The notes beneath the pieces are model-generated. The model was not told where the DNA came from. It searched no databases and saw only the letters and a list, made by a program, of their open reading frames with translations. A DNA stretch of 51,329 nucleotides from Vicugna vicugna (lineage: Eukaryota), in assembly GCA_013265495.1 (NCBI GenBank), contig MU058532.1:62001-113329 (forward strand). Direction: 5' to 3'. The number at the start of each line of letters is the position of its first letter. Position 1 is the first letter of the stretch. A program made the translations under genes and the position numbers. Of this stretch, positions 38,281-51,329 are shown in pieces.

Positions 38281-39807
38281 AAAAAGAATAAATAAATAAA
38301 CCAAATTACTAAACCCCCACAAAAAACCAACCAACCAACCAACCAACCAATCAATACATCTTACTGAGAATGGAATATTCTACCACCCTTATTACTCAGT
38401 TAACAGCTGCTCTTAAACATCTGAAGTGAGGACAAATAGCCAAGCATAACCAAGCACGTAAGTCTCCAGGAAATACAAGGATCCTGGGTCTGTGAGCTGA
38501 AACAATCCTGCACATTGGGAGAATTACCAGCCCCCTTTGGAATTGGCGGCTGAAAAGGGGTCTTGGGTAAGTGAAACTAAAGAACCCAGAGTCCTCTGCC
38601 TTTTTGTTTTCAAGATCTGAGCATTTAAGCATCCCTCTCTTTGTTCTGCAAATATAAACTTGCCAAATACCTGGACTATAATTTTTAAAAGTAATAAACA
38701 ATGCAGATTCCATTAATGTTTGCTCCTGTTGGGTGAGCAGGGGATGGGCAAGACTGGTTGACCTTTTTTGTGCAGTTTATACAGTGGAGAATATTGTCCT
38801 CTGAAGTCCAAGGGAAACAGAATGAGCCCAGTAGATCCTTCTGTCAGAGGTTTCGAGGGGCTGGGAGTAGGCTGGGATGGGGAGGGAGGGGGTCCCCTGT
38901 AGCAACAGCTGATGTCAGTGAAAATTACATAGAAGACAAAGTTTCCCAGAGTTTTCTACTCTCAGACCATCCCAGCCACAGGATTCAGAGCTTGTTGATC
39001 TGCAGTGAGCATGAGACTTTGAAAAAGCCCCTGCCCCTCTCTGGAATGAAGTGGAGCTGGAATACTAGTGTCAAAACCTTTCAGCCCTAACCAGGAGTGG
39101 ACTGCCCTTCCTCCTTCACTCCCTGCGTCCATTTTCTTCTTGCTTCTGGCTTGTGCCACGAGGGCTTGGCTGCTTTGGAATAGGACGCTCTGGTTGCTCA
39201 TCCAGCGTCCAGCCCTATATCTAAGGCACCTGCTGAAGGCCTGTCTGGGCCTGGCAGGAGGACATCTGCACAGGCTGCCAGCAGTGAGGAGTGCCCCAGC
39301 CTCTCAGCTGGGCTCTTGCAGGCTGCACTGTGGCTCTGACTCATCTTTCTCCTCCCACAGCTTGCAGGCAGGGAGGGAGAGCTCAGCTAGGAGCAACAAA
39401 AGGCATCAGCCCCATGGACTTTCAGGCTTCTGCCCTCAAGGCCAGCAGTGAGCTCCTGCTCTGGAGGCTGTAGCTGGTCTCAGCGTTGCCCACTCTGCAG
39501 GTCAGTGACCACAGCTGGTGTCTGGGGATCTGACAGTTCAGGATAGTGTTGCTTCTGGCCTTTTGAATGTGATGAGAGATGAGCAGGGTATGGGGTAGAG
39601 GGTTTACTCACAATATAAACTTGTAACTAACTGGGGGTGATATTTTGGAAAAATATTAATGTGCTTTGCCCTTTTGCCTTTTTGAGTATATAACATTCTC
39701 TAATGTTCCTGAAGCATTCATTTACATGGGAAAGATTAAGATTGTGCTAGAGGGAATACAGAAAGGAAGAAAGCATTAATACTTAACCTTTTGACACTCA
39801 AGATTTT

Positions 39808-40552
39808 TATAGCTTTAAAAAATATAATTGAATTACAATAACTACATATTCAAAGTGTACAATTTGATGAGTTTTTTTACCTATGTAGACATCTGTGGAA
39901 CAGTCATCACAATCAAGATACCGAATATATTCATTATCCCCTACAATTTCCTTGCTCCCCTACCAGTTCCCGGGTAAGCACTGATTTGCTTTCTGTCGCT
40001 ATAGATTAATTTGCATTTTCTAGAAATTTACATACATGGAGTCAGACAATATTTACCTGTGTTTTGTCTGTTCTCTTTCACTCTGCATAATTATTTTGGG
40101 ACTCATCCTTGCTCTTGTGTAGATCAGTAGGCCATTCTTTTCTATTGCTGAGTAATATTTCATTGTATGGATCTCCCACAATACATTTATTTACCCAATG
40201 ATGCACATTTGATTGTTTCTAGTGTTTGGCTATATTGAAGAAAGTTCCTGTGAGCATTTGTGCATAAGTCTTTGTGTGGACATATGTTTGCATTTCTCTC
40301 CAGAAAGTTTCTAGGAATTAAATGGCTGAGTCACATCATCAGTGCATTTTTACCTTTTTTACAAACTGCCATACTGTTACCACACAGCTGTAATATTTTC
40401 ACTCCCACCAGCAAGGTTTGAGAGTTCCAGCACTTTACCTTCTCACCAACACTTAATCTAGTCAGTCTTTATCATTTTAGCCATTCTAGTGGGTGTAAAG
40501 GGGTATTTAATTATGCTTGCAATTTGCGCTTCCCTAATGACTAATGACATTC
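39808..40552 (-). mobile_element. Old L1M (L1MB-like) 3' region, copy 1
   Basis: 'aaagtgtacaatttgatgagtttt...cacaatcaagatac...cattttagccattctagtgggtgt...ttccctaatgactaatga'. Confidence 0.8.
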
Positions 40553-42125
40553 GAAATAAGATTTGTAGCAAGACATTACCCCAGCTAGCCTAGCTATTGC
40601 CTGGGGAGAGGATTTTCTACATTCCTTTGTACTGAAGCAAAATACCACAGTGGTTAAAACATAGGTGTGGCATGTGCATAAAATACATCTTACTGAGAAT
40701 GGAATATTCTACCACCCTTATCACTCAGTTAACAGCTGCTCTTAAACATCTGAAGTGAGGACAAATAGCCAAGCATAACCAAGCACGTAAGTCTCCAGGA
40801 AATACAAGGATCCTGGGTCTGTGAGCTGAAACAATCCTGCACATTGGGAGAATTACCAGCCCCCTTTGGAATTGGCGGCTGAAAAGGGGTCTTGGGTAAG
40901 TGAAACTAAAGAACCCAGAGTCCTCTGCCTTTTTGTTTTCAAGATCTGAGCATTTAAGCATCCCTCTCTTTGTTCTGCAAATATAAACTTGCCAAATACC
41001 TGGACTATAATTTTTAAAAGTAATAAACAATGCAGATTCCATTAATGTTTGCTCCTGTTGGGTGAGCAGGGGATGGGCAAGACTGGTTGACCTTTTTTGT
41101 GCAGTTTATACAGTGGAGAATATTGTCCTCTGAAGTCCAAGGGAAACAGAATGAGCCCAGTAGATCCTTCTGTCAGAGGTTTCGAGGGGCTGGGAGTAGG
41201 CTGGGATGGGGAGGGAGGGGGTCCCCTGTAGCAACAGCTGATGTCAGTGAAAATTACATAGAAGACAAAGTTTCCCAGAGTTTTCTACTCTCAGACCATC
41301 CCAGCCACAGGATTCAGAGCTTGTTGATCTGCAGTGAGCATGAGACTTTGAAAAATCCCCTGCCCCTCTCTGGAATGAAGTGAAGATGGAATACTAGTGT
41401 CAAAATCTTTCAGCCCTAACCAGGAGTGGACTGCCCTTCCTCCTTCACTCCGTGCATCCATTTTCTTCTTGCTTCTGGCTTGTGCCACGAGGGCTTGGCT
41501 GCTTTGGAATAGGACGCTCTGGTTGCTCATCCAGCGTCCAGCCCTATATCTAAGGCACCTGCTGAAGGCCTGTCTGGGCCTGGCAGGAGGACATCTGCAC
41601 AGGCTGCCAGCAGTGAGGAGTGCCCCAGCCTCTCAGCTGGGCTCTTGCAGGCTGCACTGTGGCTCTGACTCATCTTTCTCCTCCCACAGCTTGCAGGCAG
41701 AGAGCTCAGAGCAACAAAAGGCATCAGCCCCATGGACTTTCAGGCTTCTGCCCTCAAGGCCAGCAGTGAGCTCCTGCTCTGGAGGCTGTAGCTGGTCTCA
41801 GCGTTGCCCACTCTGCAGGTCAGTGACCACAGCTGGTGTCTGGGGATCTGACAGTTCAGGATAGTGTTGCTTCTGGCCTTTTGAATGTGATGAGAGATGA
41901 GCAGGGTATGGGGTAGAGGGTTTACTCACAATATAAACTTGTAACTAACTGGGGGTGATATTTTGGAAAAATATTAATGTGCTTTGCCCTTTTGCCTTTT
42001 TGAGTATATAACATTCTCTAATGTTCCTGAAGCATTCATTTACATGGGAAAGATTAAGATTGTGCTAGAGGGAATACAGAAAGGAAGAAAGCATTAATAC
42101 TTAACCTTTTGACACTCAAGATTTT

Positions 42126-42870
42126 TATAGCTTTAAAAAATATAATTGAATTACAATAACTACATATTCAAAGTGTACAATTTGATGAGTTTTTTTACCT
42201 ATGTAGACATCTGTGGAACAGTCATCACAATCAAGATACCGAATATATTCATTATCCCCTACAATTTCCTTGCTCCCCTACCAGTTCCCGGGTAAGCACT
42301 GATTTGCTTTCTGTCGCTATAGATTAATTTGCATTTTCTAGAAATTTACATACATGGAGTCAGACAATATTTACCTGTGTTTTGTCTGTTCTCTTTCACT
42401 CTGCATAATTATTTTGGGACTCATCCTTGCTCTTGTGTAGATCAGTAGGCCATTCTTTTCTATTGCTGAGTAATATTTCATTGTATGGATCTCCCACAAT
42501 ACATTTATTTACCCAATGATGCACATTTGATTGTTTCTAGTGTTTGGCTATATTGAAGAAAGTTCCTGTGAGCATTTGTGCATAAGTCTTTGTGTGGACA
42601 TATGTTTGCATTTCTCTCCAGAAAGTTTCTAGGAATTAAATGGCTGAGTCACATCATCAGTGCATTTTTACCTTTTTTACAAACTGCCATACTGTTACCA
42701 CACAGCTGTAATATTTTCACTCCCACCAGCAAGGTTTGAGAGTTCCAGCACTTTACCTTCTCACCAACACTTAATCTAGTCAGTCTTTATCATTTTAGCC
42801 ATTCTAGTGGGTGTAAAGGGGTATTTAATTATGCTTGCAATTTGCGCTTCCCTAATGACTAATGACATTC
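42126..42870 (-). mobile_element. Old L1M (L1MB-like) 3' region, copy 2
   Basis: Duplicate of 39808-40552. Confidence 0.8.
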
Positions 42871-43104
42871 GAAATAAGATTTGTAGCAAGACATTACCCC
42901 AGCTAGCCTAGCTATTGCCTGGGGAGAGGATTTTCTACATTCCTTTGTACTGAAGCAAAATACCACAGTGGTTAAAACATAGGTGTGGCATGTGCATAAT
43001 AACCTACATACAAGGATATTCGTTGCAGTGTTCTTTGTAATAGCAGGACAATGAAAATGTTAAGTGTCCATTAATAGAGACCAGGTCAGGTAGATCATAT
43101 ATTA

Positions 43105-43540
43105 TATCGGTCAGGTTCTCCAGAGAAACCATAGGATGTGGGTATATAGAAAAAGAGATTTATTTTAAGGAATTGGCTTATATGATTGTTGAGGTTTGGT
43201 GAGTCTAAAATCTGCTGAAGGAGGCCAGCAGGCTGGAGACTCAGGAAAGTTGTAGTTCAAGTCCAAAGGCATCCAGGTTAGAGAGCCTGGAAGAAGCCCA
43301 TGTTGCAGCTCAAGTTCAAAAACACTCTGCTTGCACTCAGCTTTTTGCTCCATTCGGGCCTTCAACTGATTAGATGAGGCCCACCCACATTATGGAAGGC
43401 AATCTTCTTACTCAAAGTCCACTAATTTAAGTGTAAATCCTACCCAAAAACACCCTCACAGAAACATCCAGAATAATGTTTGACCAAATATCTGGACACC
43501 CCCTGGCCCAGCCATGTTGACACATAAAATTAACAACCAA
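43105..43540 (-). mobile_element. ERVL solo LTR (MLT2B-like) inserted in an old L1ME fragment (~43000-43870)
   Basis: 'ggttctccagagaaacc...gagatttattttaaggaattggct...ttcaactgattagatgaggcccacccacattatgg...caccctcacagaaacatccagaataatgtttgaccaaatatctgg'. Confidence 0.8.
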
Positions 43541-44440
43541 GGTATGAATGGAATACTAAGTAGCCATTAAAAAGGAAAGGCAGCTCTATATATACTAAAA
43601 TGAATATCTCTCCAAGACAAATTAGTAAGTGGAAAAAAAAAACAGCTGCAGACACTATATAAAATATGCTACTATTATAAAAACTTTTAATAATATGCAT
43701 GGTTATGATTGCAGATACATAGCATATATCTCAACGGATATACAAGACATTATTATGGGGGAGGAGGAAGGTGCCTCCAAAAAGAGGAACTGAGTAATTA
43801 CGGGATTGAAAAGAAATAGACCAACTTTTCATTTCGGTCTACATCTTTCCTATTTTTTGGCATGTACCAAAGCCTTTGCTTTAAATATCAGCTCCATAGA
43901 TTAGCGATCTGTCCCAGTCTTTCCTCCTTGAGGGCTGCAGGCACAGGGGTGGCTACTTTAGGGCAAAAATGATGATAAGGGGGGATGGGCTGGGATGAAG
44001 ACCAGAGGTGCTTAAGAGTGGCATGGCCTCACCCGTTTGCTGTGGGATGGACAATCCAGGCCAGGGACTGAGGAAGACAGGGCTGGAGTTCGGGGAAATG
44101 GGGGTGGCACAGGGCACTGTGAGAACCAGGATGAGGTTGAGTCGATTAAGAAGCACCATGGCTCCACTAAGCCAAGCTTTTTGTTTGCAATGAAGTCAGG
44201 CCTGCTTACTTCTCCATCCAAAGATGGGAAAGATGACATAAATCCCACAGGCCTTTAAACTCACCCAGAGGAAATCTCTTTCTAAACTAGACTTCCCCGA
44301 CATTTTGGCCTTGCAAACCTATGTAAAGAGACCCCTCTCTGGACAGGGGGCCCAAAGAGGAAATCCCTGCATGAGGTGAACAGGTAAACCCTCTGTTTGT
44401 CAGCTCTTTAAAGATTTGGACTCCACAATAAGGTTTGGCT

Positions 44441-44511
44441 CAAAAAAGAAAAGACAAAAGAAAAAAAGAAAGAAAAAGAGGGAAGAAAGAAAGAAAGAAA
44501 GAAAAGAAAAA
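44441..44511 (+). repeat. A/G-rich (GAAA)n low-complexity tract
   Basis: aaaaaagaaaagacaaaagaaaaaaagaaagaaaaagagggaagaaagaaagaaagaaagaaaagaaaa. Confidence 0.8.
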
Positions 44512-45646
44512 CCAGCATGTGTTGCAACTTCATGATCAACATATGGCAGTGGTTACCGGCAATGCTGTCATGTGCTGTGAAGTTCCAAATTTCTCCAGCT
44601 CTCTTCCCTCTTTCCCATGTCCCTCCCTCCCTAGTCCCTTCTCCCACATCCTCTGACTTCCCTGGACTCTAGGCTGAGTTGATTCCCTACTTCCCCATCT
44701 CACTGACCACCCCACCCCATCCTTTGTCAGATGTTTTCAAAGCAGTGAACAGAACCCCAGCCCTGCTGCCACTCACTTAACCAACCCATGGACACATTTT
44801 AAAGCAAATTTTTGGTATTTCCACTGTTTTATTGGCATTTCTCTGGGGAGGAGGAAGGAAGGGAATTCTTTAATGAATGTTTTTTCTATTTTTTTTTCCT
44901 TTTTCCCAGAAAGCCAACATTTCATGGCTCAGGACTCAGTGAAGAACCAACTGCTATGTCCTACTAAAATCAGGAGGAAAAAGTTTAAAAAGGCATTTGT
45001 CCCACTGGTCTAGCTGTCCTTAAAAAATATAAGTTCCTTTTTTCATTGTAATGTGTAATTAAAAGCTTGTTTATTTCCTGGACTCTTTGAAGAAGTTTAA
45101 GTGCATTTGGTGGATTTCTGAGAAAAGTACAGCTTGTATCTTCACTATCTTGCATCATGTTTCCAGCACCCTATTCTAAAAGACAAATATAACCAAGGCT
45201 TCTGAGAGCTTCCAAGATCCAACAGTGCCGGTGGCAGCTTCTTTGCTTTGATGTAACCACCACCCTCATGTGACAGCATTGTTCTTCAGATGGACAGCCC
45301 GATTCCACACCCCGGCCAGAACCATCCTACTCGAGGCAAAAATACATGTCTGCTATACATTCTTGCCTGGTGTGTGGTCAATGCCGCCAGTCTCCAAACC
45401 AGAAGTTATTTATACCAAATGCTTAAGCAAAAAGATTACTCAAGCCCCTCATCCACCCTGATTAGCATGTACTGTTGGTCCTATCACCAAAATGTGTTTT
45501 ACAAGTGGCTCTTTCTCCCCGTCTCCATGGCCATCACTCTAATCCAAGTTACCATCTTCTGTTGCCTTGAGCATACAGGGGTTTCCCTGACTCTCTGCTT
45601 TCACTCATGGCAGAAATTTTTACTGAAAAGTTCTCTCTCATACTCT

Positions 45647-45650
<4 letters not shown>

Positions 45651-45682
<32 letters not shown>

Positions 45683-45701
45683 AAGAAAGAAAGAAAAAAA
45701 A
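45651..45701 (+). repeat. Poly-A (30 nt) followed by (GAAA)n
   Basis: Direct reading of the sequence. Confidence 0.9.
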
Positions 45702-46367
45702 TTCTCTATTTTTTCCTTCTTTGCTTCACTCCTCTGCCTGCCACTTCATTTTTCAAGCAGACCTTATAATCCCACAGTCCTGGAATTACAGAACGGCTGT
45801 AAAACAGCCTAAGAATTTCCCTGTTTTTGTGGGAGCCAGAAACAGAGATGCCATTTCACTAGAGGTCCTGGAGGGTGTGGGAGGAGTGTGTCTGGATCCA
45901 GCAGCAGAGCCAGAGATGAGATATTCCTGGGCTGGGAAGGGATAAAGTCCTGTGGCACCTGAGAGCAGTGAGGAACCCAGCCAAGGCTCCAGGGAAGAAG
46001 TCACCAGATCAGATAACGTGGCAGCCTGGGGTAGCAAGGAGGACTTTCAGGGAAGAGTCATTGAAGGGACTACCCTCGTCTTGAACACTCAGGTCCTTTG
46101 GAAATTAAATCTATGTTAATCATTTTCTTATCACTCAGATCAGCAATGACCTGGCTTATTGAAGCATTATAAACTCATGTTCTTAAGGACCTTCTGAGAA
46201 AGTGACATTTCTTCATCCTCCCTCCTCCTAGAGCAACAAAATCTTAATTCTGTTTTTTTCTGAACTGGCTTCTCTTCTTTCTGTAGCAATTTTTGCCACC
46301 TATGCACTCAGAAATGGAGTAATTGCACATGTGTTAGGTCTCAATCCTATACCTGGTGCTCATTCTC

Positions 46368-46535
46368 TCTTTTTTTCTAATTGAAGTATAGTTAATTTAC
46401 AATGTTGTGTTAGTTTCTGGTGTATAGCATAGTGATTCAGTTATACATATATATTCTCTTTGGTATTCCTTTTAATCATAGGTTATTACAAGGTACTGAA
46501 TATAGCTCCCTGCGCTATATGGTAGAACCTTGTTT
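46368..46535 (-). mobile_element. L1 3' end (laurasiatherian/artiodactyl type)
   Basis: 'ttttttctaattgaagtatagttaatttacaatgttgtgttagtttctggtgtatagcatagtgattcagttatac...ggttattacaagg'. Confidence 0.85.
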
Positions 46536-48451
46536 TTTTGAAGCTCGTTCTTAATTGACCAGGCAGGATCGCCTGTGTACAGAAGTCTAGGTGTCTGCAA
46601 GAAGGTCTGACTCCTACTCTGTGGCCATGCTCCAGGGAGGAGGGGGTGTTAAAGGGGCAAGACTTAGAATGTGTGGAGGGGGCGCTATTACACTGTTATA
46701 TGCCTGCTATATTCCCTTACAAATCAGCCCAGCCTCATGTAGTCCAATGTGATTAGGGGACACTCATGTTCTTCATCCCATTTCCCTTGTGACTAGTCTC
46801 AGCTCACTGTAGCCCCTTAAATCACCTATCTACCACCAAGACACTGGTGCACAGGACTTCGTGGGGAAAAGATGTTATTCTGCACTGGCTCAGAAATGTC
46901 TGCTCTAAGTCTGTCCTTCCCTCAAGTTCTTCTCCCTAGAGCAGCTCCTCCTTCCTTCTCTCTCTCTCTGCTTCCCAAATCTCCTCTTTTTCCTCTCAAA
47001 CCAAACAGTTCCAGCAAGCGCCCTCCCCAGTTCCTCCCTCTCCAAATCTGGGGTGTCTGTGTCCTCAAGTGCAGAGCCAAATCAAGCAGTTCATCTGTTG
47101 TTTTGCCAAACACAGTCCTGGGGACCTCCAATCCCTTCTAGCCGTGTGGCTCCTTCAGGGCTGCAGCACTAGGGCTCAGCCAGACTCCTGTCCTTACCAA
47201 GCTCCCTTATAGGGCCATGCTCTCCGCATCCATTATTGTGTTCAGGGCTTCTTGGATGAGGAGCCTGAGGGATGGACAGCTGAAGTCAACTGCTGAGGGT
47301 TACCCAGAAACAAGCAGTGGAGTGTGGATTTCAGCTGAGGTCTCCTGACTTGAGGTCAAGTGTTTTGTCCTCTTATTAATCGAAGCAAAGGAAATGCCTG
47401 TGAAGTGAGCTCATTTTCCAACCATTGAAAACCCTAGGATGTTCCTGGTTCCCACTGGTCTTCAGAAAAGGCAAATGAAACTGTCTGGGTGAATTTCTTG
47501 GCCTTGATCCCGTGCAAATTAAAGTTGAGGCGTGTTTTGTCATACACACTTGTGAACATCTAGAAAATGTTGACTTGCCTGACCCAAGTCCTCATTGGGA
47601 GGACAGGGGTCAGCAGGTAAACCAATAACTAACACAATGTGATATGTCCCCAGACTCTGAGGGGACACAGTCCATAATTAATTCTGGAGAAGGAGGTCTC
47701 ACAGACGAGGTGACATTTGAGAACTGAGCTGGATCTAGAATGAGTCTGTCAGGTGGAAAGTGAGCCAGGTCTCAGCTTCCAGCTTGCAGGTACCCAAGGT
47801 GTAAAGTTCCCTTGGTTGTTCTGGAGCCCCGTTTATCCCAGCCTCTGCCACATGTGACCCACATTTGACCCCAGGGCTATTCTGTTCATGCTTTTGAGAT
47901 CATGGTAGTGATGGTGATGGTAAAGGAGATGCCATATCTTCCCAGGGTCCTGGGATAGATCCAGTGGGTTTGTCTCTTAGAAAGGTTATGATGATTTTGC
48001 CAAAGCATCCACTGACTAGAAACGTCTTAGGATTAGAGGGAAGGTGACCTCTGTGGCAGACAGGTCCAGAGGCAGGAGCTTCCAAACCTTCTCAGGTCAT
48101 CAGGCTTCAGAGGTCCTGGAGGGAAGGGCATCTGAGAAATGCAACAGGTAGCATCAACATTGCCCTTCAGCTGAGACCCAGTCTTTAGCCTGGGGGCTTT
48201 CCGGAACCATTGTAAAGGCCCTGAGGTGTCCAGGGTGTTAGAAGAGCAGCGAGGACCTCTCTGAGGTGGTCTTCCTGGCAGGACTCACAAAGGTTTAACT
48301 GAAGGAAATTAAAGGACTGGTCAAAGGCGTGGACAAAGTTAAGGGAGCCGAAGGGATGTCAAAGCCCCTAGAACCAGATTCCGAGGAAGCGTGAACAGTT
48401 CTAGGCTGAAGGGACCAGGGGAGGGAACTGTGTCACCTGTGAAGGGGCGAT

Positions 48452-48487
48452 TTGTGTGTGGGGTGTGTGTGTGTGTGTGTGTGTGTA
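48452..48487 (+). repeat. (GT)n microsatellite within an old MLT1-type LTR
   Basis: ttgtgtgtggggtgtgtgtgtgtgtgtgtgtgtgt. Confidence 0.85.
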
Positions 48488-48663
48488 CAGATGGGGATGA
48501 ACACCTAGTCCTTTCTCTCCCCCTGCCCTGCCATCTTCTACTGGTGCCTCCCATTGACCAAATCCAAGCAGAAGCCAGGAAGCAGGGGCACACGGGTGAT
48601 GCAGTCCCTATCTGTCAGCCCCCCGGGGCAGATCACAGCAAAGAAGGGGTGGCAGATGGACTA

Positions 48664-49035
48664 TGTAAAAAATTAATAAACAGAAACCTCAATTAAATAG
48701 AGTCAAGAGACCAAAAGAGGGGAGGGGGTGGGGTAGGAGTGTTGCAGGCCGTGCTCTCACGCCCTATCACAATAGCAGAGCCTAACAGGAAGAAGAAAGA
48801 CTCCTCTTTGTTCCTGGCAAGTACTCAGCCGATGAAAAGCCATTGGTTCTGCCTACTAGCGGCATCCTGACTTCCCTTCCCCTCTATAAAAGCATTCTTC
48901 TTTCCTTGCTGTGTGAGGACTTGCCCATGGCTTGCCACGGTCGCAGACCCCAAATTGCAATTCTCTCCTGATCTCGAATAAGCCTATTTTTTTTGCTGGA
49001 GAAATATATAGCAGTCTATTTATTTCAGGTCAACA
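48664..49035 (+). mobile_element. Relatively intact ERV solo LTR
   Basis: TG...CA termini, TATAAAA at 48885-48891, polyA-like AATAAG at 48977, U5-like 'tttatttcaggtcaaca' end. Confidence 0.65.
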
Positions 49036-51329
49036 AATACACAAGAGAATAGGGGCAGGAGGGAAGCAGCCACTGTTGAGAGAGAGAGCTCACCAACTGT
49101 CAGGAGAGACAAACTGTGTGATCTCCAAGGGCCTTCCTGAAACAAGCCCAGAAGGCTGTGCCAGGGTCCTTGCCATCCTTTGAGAAAGGTTGAAACACAT
49201 CTCTCAGAGATTCCACCAGGCACTTAAATGGGTTCAGGATGATGCACTTCAGGGAGAGGGTGGAGTGTGGGGGCCTCTTTCAGCTGTGGTCAGTGGGAGC
49301 CCCTCCAGCCCTCCAGCCCTCCTGCAGGTCAACAGCCTGTGGCCACTCCGAGCTCAGGTCCTCTGGCCCCTGACACGGGACCACAGAGAGATGGCTTGTT
49401 GCTAAAATGACCAAACAGAGAGAACTCAGAAGATCTCTATGCCATGGCTCAAGTCCACTTTACAACAGATGTAAAAGTATGCTGTCCTGGACCCCAGCCT
49501 CAGACATGTCCTCAAAACACCCTTGGTCCCCCTGGTTGCCTCGATGACTCTGTAATTCTTGACTTTGCTGAAACACTTCCTCTATTTGCTGCAAGGTCCC
49601 AAGTTGATCCACATCACAACTCAGACTTGCAGAGAAAACAGCTTTTTAACTGTTGTATAAGGTAGATCCTATCTGCCCAATAAGCTACCAACCACAAAGG
49701 AGAAAGAAAAGCAAAACGCCTTTTGTCCATTCCAGAGACTTCATCAGATGCCTTCGTTTAAATGATTCCTCTGGGTGATGTCACTTGGACAGCTTAGCTC
49801 AGCTTTCTATCCCCTCCTCCCTCCAGAAGGGCGCCTATGGACTGGGTAGGTTTCTGGCCTGTGTCCCCCTGGCAGACGGACAGGCCTTCTGACCTACCCA
49901 GTGGTTCCGATCTCCCTGGCCTCCACTGGCTTACCTCTGTCCTGGCCTGACCTGGCTCCAAGCACTGAATTCAGTGAGATGTGGGCATGGGGAGGTCTGA
50001 GTCCAGGAGGCGGCTGGTCTTGTGTGGTCAGGTGTTGCTGTGTTTATTTGGCAAAGCCCAGACGAAGCCTGTGCTGGGTGGTCTGTGATGGAGCCCACAC
50101 CCAGCCTGACATCAAGTCAGCAGTCAGCTGGCCCCAGCAGTAGACCCAGTGTCCTCAGAAGCCCCACTGTTACCTGGGAGTAGAGGCGTCTGAGCTGTAC
50201 TCCCTAAAAGGTCCCCTTCACCCCTGCCCCTTTGATAATCCACCTTGAAACTCCTGGGCTTCTGGCCCGGGACATCCCAGAGCTGGTGAGTGTGCTGTGG
50301 CCCGGGGGGAAACCAACCAAGATCAGGCTGGTTTTGCCAAGCTGTGGCCCTGGAGGAGAAATCCTGGCTCTCCCGAGGGACGGAAGGCACCAGAGGGCTG
50401 TGGGAGGGCTTTCCTGCTCTCCGGCAGGAGGTCTCTCATCCCAGGAATGCGCTGCCGCTGCCCCACCTCCCAGTACTAGACCTCGTAGCAAACAGACAAA
50501 GCTTATACTCAACGCGTCAGAAAAGCTGGACCACAGGCACAGGAAGATGGGTGGGGGGCTTGAGAGCTGGAAAAGCCATCCGAGGGCTCGTGCTAACTCT
50601 GTTGTTCCTCACACAGGATTCAGGACCTCGAAAGGCCTGGATCGGGTCCCTCGTAATGAGCTCTCCTGCCCCAGAAGCTTAACTCAGAAAGAGCATCCTC
50701 TTGCTGATTCTGCAACTTTTGTCAGACGGTGAACGCAGCTTACCTCACACTCCTTTGACATTCCTGAGCCTTGCCCTCTGCCAGGCCCTGGGTAGATGCT
50801 GAGAAGACATGGTTCCTGGCCTCGAGGGCTCACAGTCTCACAGAGGAGACAGACATATACAATGAATGATATCTACAAATAATTCCCATTTTTGAAACAC
50901 CTTCTATGTGCCAAAATTTTTACATATGTATTCATCCCAACACCCCTGAGGGTGGGCATATCTCCAGGTTATGGATGGGGGAACCTGAAGCTCAGAGTGA
51001 TCAGGGCCACCCATCCAGTAAGTGGCAAAGCAAGATTCACATCTGTGGCTCCCAGGCTGTACCACTGCCCCAGTCGCCTCCAGCGATGCCCTGGGAATCA
51101 CAAGGGTCTCCTCCCAGACGGCCCAGCCTGTCAGGGAGGCTGAGTCTGTTCAGCTGTCTTTCTCAGGCACAGGCCAAATGCACCCTGCATTGGTGCAGAT
51201 AACCTGGCTTCTTGATTCACATGAGGGCCCCTCAGGGTCTCTGTGCATCAGGGACTGTGGGAGGCAGTGGCAGAAGGAGGGACTGTGTGCTGGTCGCCGA
51301 CCTGGGCTCGGGGGGATCAGGCTTGGCAA

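Larger units (their letters stand above)
37614..38352 (+). mobile_element. Vic-1-like SINE containing a nested L1; 18-bp TSD
   Basis: SINE head with B box gggttcaatcccc at about 37658-37670. Tail taaataaaccaaattact…(CCAA)n at about 38291-38350. TSD aatacatcttactgagaa at 37596-37613 and 38353-38370. Confidence 0.8.
38353..42999. repeat. Head-to-tail tandem duplication of ~2.33 kb (38353-40681 and 40682-42999), >99% identical
   Basis: Sequence repeats at offset 2329, then 2318 after two small deletions in copy 2. The ORF track also shows duplicated ORFs (38396/40725). Confidence 0.97.

Noticed and set aside
38396..41864. Pairs of near-identical ORFs that look like a duplicated gene
   Set aside because: Explained by the 2.3-kb tandem duplication; no exon structure or protein homology recognised.
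49901..51202. Cluster of 60-166-aa ORFs in the GC-richer right end
   Set aside because: No CpG island, no similarity to LAPTM4A exon 1 or SDC1 peptides that I can recognise, and partly overlapping MIR/L2 remnants.

Overview
Mammalian genomic DNA, most likely a camelid, judged from the Vic-1-like tRNA-derived SINEs and the camelid-type L1 3' ends. It covers the MATN3-LAPTM4A syntenic block, with both genes on the minus strand. MATN3 exon 1 and its CpG-island promoter lie at about 2.7-3.4 kb; the exon carries a +1 frameshift in a C7 run that may be a sequencing error. LAPTM4A exons 2-7 lie at 14.9-21.4 kb with canonical splice sites. However, exon 2 has a 5-nt frameshifting deletion, no exon 1 or CpG-island promoter is recognisable in the 30 kb upstream, and exons 2-3 carry several amino-acid changes. 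Together these suggest a decaying or N-terminally truncated LAPTM4A, the most interesting signal in the window. The rest is intronic or intergenic DNA rich in L1, L2, CR1, MaLR/ERVL LTRs, DNA MITEs and SINEs. It also holds a 460-bp and a 2.3-kb tandem duplication and a 295-nt assembly gap inside a nested SINE/5'-inverted L1. Comparisons to human proteins and all repeat-family names come from memory, not database searches.
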